A stretch of 64,000 nt of DNA from the NCBI GenBank assembly GCA_046563655.1, contig CM102290.1, positions 7,378,001 to 7,442,000 on the forward strand, written 5' to 3'. The notes under the pieces are model-generated. The model searched no databases and was not told where the DNA came from. It saw only the letters and a list, made by a program, of their open reading frames with translations. Origin of the DNA: Yuukianura sp. NJ FZ-2021 (lineage: Eukaryota). Below are positions 14,701-26,800 of the stretch, in pieces. The position numbers and the translations under genes are program-made. The number at the start of each line of letters is the position of its first letter. Position 1 is the stretch's first letter.

Positions 14701-17700
14701 AGTTTATAGTGTCTTGGCGGGAAAAAAGTTTTGAAGTGTGTGGTGTTTCATGAGGACTCGTCTTACTCTGGCCTGGATCCTTTGAAAGTGGACATGTTAG
14801 ACCTGAAGAGTGAGCTCAGGTGACCTCGAGCCTACGAAGATCATTAGGGGAAGAGTCGACAAGAGAATTGGATCATTTTACAAGACCATGTTCTTCTACA
14901 AAGTTCCCTAGAGGTTAAGTTAGGTTAACCTAACCCAGGCGGACACAGTGCCAGACGGTGTCCCTAGAACCTTCCTAACACAAAGTTCACCGAGGACATT
15001 ACCTCGTAAACTTTTACTGATCAAACAGTTTAGTTGTGTATCTAGTATGACCAACTTCTTTTGGTCAAGAAAACCTTGGCGGGAAGAAAATACCACGAAT
15101 ACCATGTTCCCAATTTCCAATTCCTCTTCTCTCCTGCTCGCTCTAGTCTAAATTTCTCATCACTTTTTACTTTCTTTCCAAATTGTTTCTGCCTTTCGAA
15201 GTGGTAAATAAGTCAAAACCATTTGAAAGACCTTGGAGAAACTGGGGGTTCTGGAAATGGTTCTGTATAACTAAAAAAACGTAATTTAAGTAAAAAAAAA
15301 TTTAGTTGAACTTTTACTTTGAAACTACTAAAAGACAGTTGCACGGTTTACACTCTCTGGACACGTTAATAAATTACTGAAATTCCATTTTCTAGTTGGT
15401 TTTCTCCAAGGTTTCTTTTCACATTCAGCCAAATTACTCTTATCCGCCATCCGACACCGATTGACCAGCTCACGTTTTCAAAAATTCTGTACAGTGCTCA
15501 GCTAAATTCATGCTAATGATGGCAGAGAGGATGACCAATTCTAATACTCTAACAAAGAACATATAATCTCAAAAAATATGTATAATCGATCCAATTAGGC
15601 TAACCTAAAGTCCAAATCTGCTCTCTAGCCGGAAATTGGAACCAGAAATCTCGGATGACCTGCTCCTGCGATGTTCATGTTCTGATTGACCTACTCCTGT
15701 TCCCCTTGAGCCGATTTGATTTCAACGCTCTCCTATCATCCCCCGCATCTTTTCACATTGTCCATCAGAAGAAGAAAAGGTAGGCTAGAAAACGTGAAGT
15801 GAAGTGCTAGTGTATTTTTCATATGGAAACCCCTGCCAAAAACGTTGACTCATTTATGAACCTTAGAACACCGTACCAAGAAGAAGATGAAAGTGGAGTG
15901 GATTCTGTTTTAGCCTAATCTCTGTTTCTAGACACTCAGTCACTCACCTGCTCAAGAAGATTGAACTTGCGAAGAAGATAAGTTATGAAGAAGAATAGGA
16001 AGAAAAAAAGTTCGACGGAAATATATATTTCTTTGATACGAACAGGAGAGAGATCATGTCTCGCATTACGACCCAACGTCCCAAATCCTTCCTAAGAAGA
16101 AAAAAAGAAGAAGAAATCTCATTTCTCTGCTCTTACTTTCTTCCTTTCCACTTTATAAATCTCGTTGGATCATTCCTAACGAAAGCCAAAAGCTCTGAGT
16201 CTCTTCTTCGATTAATACGGATAGGATTTCTTTTGGAAATTTTTTTTTGCTTTCTCCAATGATCCAATCCTCCCTTTGTATTGAGGTTTTTCATCTTCTA
16301 CGGCTGCTGCAGCTCTTTGCAGAAGGCTCCAGTGGTTGACTTTTGGCCAAGAAGCCTTTGTCTTTCTTTTGTAGCCTAATTGAGTCGGAAGGGGACGCTT
16401 TGTGTTGAACGGCTCCTGTGGCCTTTGCGTTTAGGTTTGGTCCTGAGATGACAACGTTTATGAAGAAACCAATATCAAAAATCTAGTGCAGCATAGTCCC
16501 TGATTTGTCTGGTACTGCTGCTAGAACGATCATCAAAGCAAGAACCTAAGCGGAATAAACCAAATCAACTCCATCCGCACTTTTTTTTTCTCGCTGAACC
16601 GAATTTATTCCCACTGAGACTGAAGAGAAAGTTCTAACCCAAAGACGCTCATTCCTCATTCCTTTTGATCTGAGAAAATGTACAGCGTGGTTATAGAGAA
16701 ATTGGCAAATTCAAAACTCTCTTTAGTACAGTTTGAGTTGGAAATAGAAAATGTGAACGGAGAGAAAGTTATGACCCATCCTGTCTTCTTACTCACCCAA
16801 CTACTTTCTCCAATGTTGAATTGATCAACTCCAAAGGATATGCTAAGTAGTTTGTAACATGCTTTTCACTTCAGTAGAAATCCGTTCAAAAATCTGTTTT
16901 ATACTAGAAAAATCTCTTCAGTTTTTTCAAATTTGAATTCAAATAGATTCCACGTTTCAGAACGAAACAAGCGATAGAAACTTTCCACTTGCATGATGAT
17001 CAAAAAAACACTTCTAGCCAAAAAAAAAGTTAAGTAAAATCGAACATCGACCAAAAATGAATAATGAACACCGAGGGAAGTTGAATAAATTAATTCTACC
17101 AAAAAAAAACAGAAAGAATTAGAACGTCAAAATTTCTGTAGCCAATTTTGTTCAATTTTTCTAAACACGGAAAAATGCCTTCATGAACATCAAAATTTAT
17201 ATGAAATTGACAAACCCTTATATTTTAGGCAGCCAAAAATAAGTTTCCCAAGCTGTAAATTGTATTTTCACCACTACAGCGTGAATACCCGCGAAACAGG
17301 TAGAACTTCTTCTATTTTTTTATTGGAAAAAGATATCGATCCGATTTTTAGGAATGAAACTTGGGCGTTTTCCATTTATTTTCAAAAAGCGTATCACGTA
17401 AAAAAGAATTCCTATATCAAAACCATACCTAAAATTATTATACACTCTCCTTCTCTGAACCTTGACTTTCTCTCTAGTTCCTTTGACAAGTCGAAAATTG
17501 GAGTCAGAAGAAAAGTCGCCTGTTTTTAACTGTAATCTTGTGACCCATGCCTCTGTCAAGCGTCCCTATTTGGCATCTTATTTGAGAGGCTTCAAAGGAT
17601 GTTAAATATAAGCTTCAAAATGTCAAATAGTAGAACCGTGCGGAGTTTAGAACAGCGGAGAAGTCGGGCTTTCTTTCTTCAGCTCCCAGTGGGCTCTGAG

Positions 17701-20159
17701 TCTGAACTATCCCTACTGGTTAGGTCATGCAACTGCTCCTTGGCTTTTCCAACTGGGTGACTTGACCAAATTTGAAAATTCCGCCTGAAAAGATACTTGG
17801 ATGGGGAAAGTAATTGAAAGTAATGGGAGAGCGGAGTGAAAGTAGAAAACAGGACTAAAAGTGCGCCAGTACAAAAGTGGCTCATTATAATTATGGATTT
17901 AAGGTAAGGCTCTTGCATTTAGAAATCCACCTAGGCCCTTGCCCCTCTTTTTCTGGGGAAGAGAGGGGAGGGTAGGATTGGATGCGTAAGCAAAACAGGT
18001 AAACAAGAAAGTCAGCATTTGTTCATATAATTAAGCCTATACCGTTTGCTTTTTAGTTTCCTAAGTCAACTTTCACATGTTTGCGTGGAACGGGAGGAAG
18101 AAGAAGAAAGTCAATTGAGTCAACACTCCCCAACATTTATGTCCATAATAACAGGAGCCGCAGAACTCCATTCCAACTTCATCACAAACTTTCAACAACT
18201 TTCTCTTTTCTCCCAAATTTGACAATTTTTTCTTCCGAGGCATTTTAAGCAAGCCCGATTCCGAAACTGTGGAAAAACTAGCGACAACTTTCAATTACTT
18301 TCATTTTTCTAGCAAACTTTAGGCCCATGCCAATTGTAATTTGTGACCGTCTCGAAGTGTACTTTGTTACCAATTGCCCAAGCACTATCTCACCATCAAA
18401 TCCCACTTGGCCTTTCACAGACGCTTTCTCCTCTAACTTTATCAAACACAAGGGCGACATTTCATCTTCAAACGCTATCTGCTTCTACACAACCATTCAA
18501 TTACTCTTGCTTTCTCTTTGAAGTTAAGCCTTTTCTCACAAAATTCTAGTATTTTACAATTGGATTTTCAAACTTTGACGAGACTCACTTCAGACATAAT
18601 GGAAACACTAGTGAAATAAAAAAAAATGCTCTTTTTGTATGACAGCTTCTACCGAAAAGCAAATACTTACACTGCTAATTAAGGAACCAACAAAAATGAT
18701 GGAACTCAAAGCACAAAATTTCCAATTATTAGTAAAAAGTTGTCATGTGGGTCAAAGGTCAATTTTGACAAAAATTCAAAATATAAGACCAAAAAAAGGG
18801 TTATACTAAAAATGAGAATAAAAAACGAAATCGTGAAGCATTATTTTTAAAACGAACAGCACATGAAATGCAGGAGAGAAAAACAACGAAACGCAATTTG
18901 AAAATTGAGTAGGGGAACAAATTTGTTTAAATATTTTATGAACATCTTTAGACATTGTGTGTAACATTACAACAGATACTAGAACCCGATTTTCCGAGAC
19001 AAATTTCATGTTGAGGTCTAGCGCTTCTTACACCATGCTCCAAAATTTATAATGTCCTTCTAACCCTATATACCTCTATATACCAAGAACTTACATTGTT
19101 TATAAAAAAAAAGTGACTGAAATTCAGTTGGAAAAAGTTCAAATTTGACGTAAAAAAGGTTCGAAATTTATGACAAAAGTAAAAGTGAAAGTCAGAGCCA
19201 CAAATACTTATAATTCCAAGTATAAAAAAATCCGTTTGAGAGAAAAGTGTCCCCTAATTACCGTGCATTTGTCTCCGTCTAACTTTCTCCCGGGTTGGCC
19301 CCTAACTTAAACGCATGATCTCCAGTTAATCAACGTCGTTTGCGCACATTCCGGAAGGGAACGTCCTCCTCGTTTCCGTTTTATGTAAAAACCACAACGG
19401 GGAAAATAAACTACTCCCGCCCATTTAGAATGACGCAGAACCTAATTTCTAACTTATAATTTTAAAACACAATTGAAAGAAAAACTTGCTCAAAAATCAC
19501 TTTCCTCAAAAGAATTGTTCAAACATTAAAACCTTGTAGAAAGAAAATTATTTAGAGGAGAGAAAAGAGTAAAAACTGGTGCCGAAAGTTGGTAAAGTGA
19601 AAGCGTGCAAAATATGACAAGAAAGTGAGTTGTTCCAGGGGAATAAATATGTAAATTGGTCTCCGCTCTGAGTCCATCCATCATTGTTGACTTTTTTTCT
19701 CTTTTCGGAATTTTGAGTGTTTGCGGTTCTACTGTACTATTTTTCCTCTGCATTTTCATTTTTGACAGAAATGGGGAGGGATGTTGACAGTTTTTGGTGT
19801 GGTTGCTAGGACTTTGCTTCCAATTGACATGTGACGGTAGACGACGACGAGTAATGACTTAGAAGATAGAAGATGATTATGATGAGCATGAATATGCTCT
19901 TCCAGTTTCTTTCCTTTCTTTTCATGAGTAATGAATCCCTAGCATGACAGGCAGAAAAATTGGCTTCACGAGGAGAAAGTCTCCAGTCAAGAAGCGGAAG
20001 TGTAGATGAGCTTCCGCTTAAATTAACACCGGAACCGACTTGTTTCTGTCTTGTCTTTTTTGAAAAACGAATAAGAATCGGATTCGAACAAGGCCTAATC
20101 TTAACTCTTCGAATTTTCAAATTTAAGTAGAAAATTTCATTCAGAGTTTAGATTCACTA

Positions 20160-20586
20160 CAGGGTATGCATGTTTTACACAGGCTGTTTTAAACAGGTTG
20201 TTTTAAACGTTTTAAACGCTTGTTTAAAACAAGGGAGAAATCTTGTTTTAAACAAAACGTGAAAAATTGACAAAATTGCGTAAAAAATTGGCAAAATTAT
20301 ATGGAAAAGCGCCAAATTTTCAGAAATCTTAAAGATGAAAAAGGTTTTCACGGAATACTTTTCACCAAAACGTTGTCAAACGGTTATAGAGACATTTTCC
20401 AAGACCTAGAAATGTTTTGTGGAACACGAGTGCCCCTTATCTGACCTCTTAATTTTGCGGTCCTATGCTTTAATGCGTTGAAATTGAAAAAAACTGTTTA
20501 AAACAAAAAAAAACGTTTAAAACACAAAAAAAACAACAACATGTTTTTTGTTTGTTTTTTTTTAAACATGTTTTAAGGACACCCTG
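20160..20586. mobile_element. Non-autonomous hAT-like element (427 bp)
   Basis: Perfect 8-bp TSD ATTCACTA at 20152-20159 and 20587-20594. Termini are CAGGGT...ACCCTG, and GTTTTAAAC/GTTTAAAAC motifs repeat subterminally at both ends. Confidence 0.85.
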
Positions 20587-23500
20587 ATTCACTACTATTG
20601 AATTGAGTTACATTCTTGAAATTTTCACCAAACCAAACCCAAATTTGCAAGTTAAGTTTTATCCTCCATACCCTAACATGCTTGCTTCGTAAATCAAAAT
20701 AATTCGACAAAATTGCTAACTCAGTACGCATTGAACAAAGACAGGAAGAATTTTAACCTAACAACCCTAATCGTAAGTATCGAAAGTTGGTACAAACGTA
20801 ACGTAGGGATTGAGCAATCGGTTAGTTTTTTACAGGTTAGGTCAAACTCCGGAAGTAGTTGTGTCCAGTGTGAGGTGAAAGTGAAGGAAGATAAGGTGAG
20901 AGTGGATGATCATGGCATTCCAAAGTGCTTCTCCACACACACAATGGACACTCTGATGGTGACAATCACAAATTGTTATTGATTCATCCACCTCCTCGGA
21001 CTTTCACTTTTCCAAAGAATAGAAAAAATACAGCTCTGACTTCCGAAGAAACGAAAAAGCAGCTACTACTATCTAAGATCCTCATCACATCTCGAGTGAC
21101 GAAGAAGACAATGGGAAAATAAGATCTTCTGAATCTCCGAACCTGAGGAATGTCACAGGACAATTCCCCTGACTCTGCCTCCGTATCAATTTCATTCCTC
21201 CTTCCATTGGACTATCAACGTCAACTCCCTCCCGTCTTAAGTAGTCTTAATGGACTTTCCAATTGTCACACGTCACTCCTCCTCCCAATCAACTTACAAG
21301 ACAATCCTTTTCTTCCTTTCATTTCATTATCCACTGATTTCTCACGCCTTTCCATCTGTATTCAGGAACAAATCAGCCCAAAATGTCACCAATAACCTAC
21401 CAAAACTCAAAAACTTCAATTATGTCAAGGTGATTTTTTAAACTTTTTCGTGAGTGAGTCCTGAACTCTACTTTTCTCCGCATGATTTCTAAACCCTTTC
21501 ACTGCCTAATTACTATGAGATTAGGTTAGGTTAGTCAAAAAACAAGCACAAACCTAAGCCCCTAAGAGAACAATGTTTTTACACTATGGCAAGGCCAAAG
21601 GTCAGAGGTCACATTGGCAAACAAAGAATTGTAACAGAGAGTCAATAACGTCTGTTGATCTGTGGAAGTGAACGGAAGGCGTAAGACTCTGCGGTAGAGT
21701 AAATAAAGGCATTTAAGGAGCTTCATTGTGAACCATTTAGGAGAACTTGACATCCAAAATGGACCAACTTTTCCCTGCTTTCTCCAGAAGAATAGGAATC
21801 GAGCCAACGAAAGAAAGGAAGGTGAGATAGATAGGAGGCGAAGAAATAAAGACGACGAAGCTAGTGTAGCTTTCATTTGGCCACACGTAAGAGCGGCAAT
21901 ATTTGCCATTTAAGTCCATTTTCTCTGTCGTTTGTTGGTGGAGATCTGGGATATTTGCTCAAGGCCCCCCTCCTATAGTGTTCCCATCCCTTTTGATCTG
22001 GAGACGAAATAAAGAAAGACTAGGGAGGCTGGAGGCTGCTGGTACAACAGGAAAGAAAAACTTTGCTACTTGAACTGACCTCGAAAACTGACGACTGGAA
22101 GATTTGTTTCCTTTTCCTACAATTCCTAAAATTCGCTTCATTGGACCATAAACGCTCAACAGTGGAAATGCAGAAGCTGGAGCCCCAACGTCACTTTCCT
22201 AAGATTCACAAAGTCGTTTCATTTTTTCTAAACAAAAAAATTTTTCTCCTACTTATGACACTCTTAATGCAAAATAAGATCCTCCAACTGTTGAGATCCA
22301 GTTTCAGTAGAAAAAATATTTGAGCAAGTCTTCATATAATGGTTAGCTTTAAGTCTTTCTACACAGAAAGAAATTCAGAATAAACATGAGAAGAGAAATC
22401 ATCTTATTCTGCAAACATCTTCTTGAGATTTATCCGGTTTTCCCTTAGCTCTAAGCCAAGGTTAAGCTAATGTCAATCATGGAATCAATGGAAAACAAAA
22501 AAGTTTCCTTTTTCCACCGAAACTTTTTCCCAATTACATAAAATTACTTTTTTTTTGCCACACAAACTTTTACTAACCCCAAAAACAAAAACAAACTCTG
22601 GAAAATTTGCAACAACGAAAAACTAATATTTGTCCTCATTAAATTGAACCCCTGTCATTAACTTTTCAAAAACAAAGGGAAAAAGTTAACACATTTCCAA
22701 TTGACAGTTTCACAAATTGTGATTTTCAATTTGAAATAATGCACACACAACAAAAAAGAAAAGAAAGGAACCTTGTTAACAAAGCTTTGAAACCTAATAG
22801 GTTTCGGAGCTAAGAGAAAAATGAAGTTGTAGGTAAAAGTAGTACTAAAAAGAAAGAAATTTAATACATTTGTCGCCTTGCCCTATGTATATAATGCACC
22901 AAATTTCCAAAACAAAAAAAAAACAATTTTTTTTAGAAAGAAAGTACAACTGGGACACCTAATGTTGTCTTCGGATCTCATGCTGGCTTTCCTTTCCGTC
23001 TCCTAAATGGGACGACACAGGGATGCCGTAACTTAGAAAAAAAAAGCCATTGAAGAAACGTGAGTCAAGGATTGTGGGAACAACCACACCGTGGCCATAT
23101 ATCGTCTGCTTCCCCTTGGCCACGAAAAACAAAAGGATTTCAATAATAATAGCTCTGAATTGGAAAATCTAAGGAATGGCTTCAGGATTTTCAGCAGCAG
23201 GAACATGTAGAAAGAAAAGGGAAAGAAATATGCGACTTTCTGTAAACAAGGAGGGAGATGTTATTATTAGTCAAAGACTTTTAGCTTCTAGCTTTGTAGT
23301 GAAGAAAGCTCTAGCTTCCTTCGTTTTTTCCATCTCCAAAGGCAATATTCAATGCAAATAGTCTCCCTTTATCATTCTGAATTGCCAAAAGGTAAAGATA
23401 CTGAAGATCACAAAGAAAACCCCTATGCTAGTACCACCAAAAGTGAAACGAAAGAGAACCAATATTAAAACTTTCTCTTCCGTTTCTTCCTTCGTCTTAA

Positions 23501-23689
23501 TTTTTTATGCTTAGTACGAATGAATAACTAATGGCAACACGTAAAACGAAATGTAGGGTTTTGACTTTAGGTTCCCAGGGACCTGTGACCTGTGACCATT
23601 AGGCGAACGAATGGACACAGACACAGGACAAGATCGATTTCAGATAAAGTTAGAAAAGCGGAGAAAGTCAATGGAAAATTGTGACTTAC

Positions 23690-23835
23690 CATGCAATCGT
23701 GAAGAGGTAGATGAACTACCCTTGGCCCTGGAACGTTTAAAAACTCGTAACCTCTTCTTCTTGACTTCTTTGAAGCTTGAAGAGTTGTTGTCAGCTAATA
23801 CGTATGAAGAGGCTCGACTTTAGTTGGACTTCTTG
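23690..23835 (-). other. Candidate 5' exon of the minus-strand gene, ending in ATG at a strong donor
   Basis: Strong donor ATG|gtaagtcac at 23689 and a polypyrimidine acceptor tttttttag near 23836. The exon may instead extend further upstream as a first exon. Confidence 0.3.
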
Positions 23836-26800
23836 CTAAAAAAAGGGAATTTAAGAGATTTTGTTAGAAAAATTTCCCACGGGCTTTCTTCTTCGGTTAA
23901 GAAAGACGTTTTTTTTTTGGTTTTCTACAAGCAAGCTGTAGCGGCGTCTCCTTTTTGTTGAAATGAGATGAAAATTCAGTTAGATGTTCCCCTTCAAAGA
24001 ATTCTTCCCTGATTTCCGTTCTAAGTCAGCATTTATTGGACCAAAACTTGCAGTGTTCCTTTCTTTTTTTTTCTACTAGTTCAGCTTCCTTTCCAATTTA
24101 TTTTTAATTTCGAATTTGTAAGATGATGAATTCTTGATGAAGAAGAAGATGATGATGAGATGCGTTCTCCAAGTCGTTGAGATTCTATCTCCCCCGTAAT
24201 TGAATGATATTCGACTTGGCGTACTCGTAGGAGGGTAAGAGCCTTTGGGGTTGAAGCTGTTTTTTGACAGGGAAAGTAGAGAGAGAGAGAAAGTGCTAAA
24301 TATTGAAATTAATCTTTGCCTTCTCCCTTGGGACGATAAAAAAAAGACAAGAAGTGGATCACTTGTCTAGTTTGAAGTGAGACTGACGAAGTTGGTAACA
24401 TTGGTGGGGCACTTTATAACATTAGAGAAAGCGCTTTCTCAAGCCAGGCAGTTTCTCCTGGCTCTAACTTTGAACTTGGACGGATGTTCAGCGGTAGTAG
24501 TGGAGAAGGGGTTGCGCAGACGAGTTTCCATGCCCTACCTTTCCATAACATACATTTAAACACGTAGGTTTTAAGTTAGAAACACTCCTGCCCCTCGTGA
24601 AGGAGAAAGTAAAGCTAAACTATCAACCGGGTAAGTCCCTCTCTGCATTTTGTTTGTTCCAACAACTATATAACTTGCAACAGCCACTGCTACTCACACC
24701 AGCAACATTGTCGTCCTTCCTGTTTCTAGTCTATTGCCTCCTGAACTAAACAAAAGGTGAAACTATGCTATGCCTTCATTTATTATTAATGGACTTTGGG
24801 GTGCATGGGACTTGTTCGTCTGTGCTCTGCCAAATGCCAAACACCCTCCTCTGATTGATGAATAAATTACAGAGACAGCAGAGTAGAATCATGTATGCTA
24901 ACCTATTCCAGTCGGGAGTTATTACTGTTTCGGATCCACTCAAAATCCATATACAACTTTCACTTTCAACACGTTGTGTCCTACCCACCATGCTCAAAAC
25001 GCTAACTGGTCCACTAGCACACGTTCCTTTGTAGTAATGACCAGGTGAAAGTTGAACAGGCCGTTAGGAAATCCTTCAAGAGTTTCAGAGAATTGAACGG
25101 AAGTGATCTGTGGAGAGTTAAAGTTTGCACCAAAAGTTTCCTTATACGTAACCAAACAGAACTACCAGCACTAAAGAACCGTCTGTGGGATTTCTTCAAT
25201 ATTGTTAAGGCTTCTCGAGTAGGATTTGAGGAAGGAATTGGACTAATTACGTCCACAGAAAGTGCCTCGTGAGAAAAAAGAGCGGCAGCGGAAATTGGAA
25301 CTTGAACTTTGGAGTTTTAGTTTGTCTTTAAAAAGAGTAGAAAAGAAAAAGAAAGCGGGAGTCTAAAAATTTAACCTCGGAACACACAAAAGTGTTCCCG
25401 CTTTTGTCGGGCAAGAAAAAGTAGATTTAGTAAGCAAAAATAAAATTATTGTGCTTTCGGATCTCTTAGATTCTCTAGAGAAAGATTAAGGAAGATTAAC
25501 AATCTCTCTGTTTTTACATTGGAGAATCCACTGAGGACTTGAACAAAGCCATAGATCTCATACATTAAAATCTAACAATCCGAGCAATAACTTTAACAAC
25601 TTTCCACAAAGTTTCTTAGGAAAAAAAACAAAGGAATAGAGAAAATTAAATGACTTTAAAAGTGTGGGAATCGAGAGAAGCTTAATTTACAAACTATTGG
25701 AAATCAATAAACTCTAAACACACACTAACTCTTACTAAGGTCTGCCCTGCATGCTTCTCAATTTCATTTCCATTCCCAAATCCATTTCACGTGGTTATCA
25801 TTTATTATGAACCACTGAAACTGAAACTGAAAATTCGATAAAGGTTTTCTTTTTCCAATCAAGTCCATGCTAAAGATTGATTCGAAAAATACAGCGGATC
25901 GATTCTAAATCAAATTCATCCAAAACTCTTAAAAAGATTAAAAAAAACACTTTTCTGCTGAACCAAAAAAATGTTTACATTTAAGTATTAAAAGTTTTTA
26001 CTAAATAATGCGTTGCGTCTCAAAACAAAAACAACGTACTTTTAAGGAAAGGAAAAGTTCGTTGACTGCGTAGCGTGTTTTTAGTTTCAAAATGTGGGGA
26101 GAACTAAAAGGGTAGAATTGTAGGTCCATAACAAAATGAATTCTGAGCTTCCCTTGACATTTCCTTGCCTCTCCCCAATACATCCTTGTCAATTTGAGAA
26201 GGAGTAGTCTTGTCCCAAGCATAGGATATCCTACCTGACGAGACTACTTTCTCAAAACATAATTCCTTCCCTCTGCTTAACTCTCTTCCTGGAAGCATTC
26301 CATTACGAATGTATGAGTCCACACTTTCTCTTCCAGCTTTCAAGGATCATGAACATCCACAAATTGATACACACCTTAACCAAGACTATCCCATTTGCCT
26401 AACTTTCTTCATCCTACGCAGAATATCCCAACATCTAAACATAATCTAAACGCATCCAACCGGTTCAAAAATAAATCCGATTCAAATAGTACTACTGTTT
26501 CACGGTCTTTCAAACCGTATATCCAAAAACTAATTCCTGAAATGGAAATATCACAAAATCCTCTGCATATAAAACTATACAGTCTGCCACTAACTGAAAT
26601 TTTGATAAAAAAATAATCAGTTGTTCTTGAGATGATTAAAGTTGACACGCAGAGTCTATAAATCCGAAAGTGTCCAAAGGGGAGTCTCACACTATCAACT
26701 TGGATCGTCTCACTTAAATATTGACCTTTGACTCAATAATAATAATAATAATGACGAGAGATAGAGAGAGCCTAGAAATAGTTACGTTAGAATGGATGAG

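Noticed and set aside
14919..14934. Head-to-head TTAGG/CCTAA palindrome GTTAGGTTAACCTAAC, and other short TTAGG runs (e.g. 21521-21534)
   Set aside because: There are only 1-3 units of the arthropod telomere motif and similar motifs are scattered through the window. This is too short to call an interstitial telomere or fusion site.
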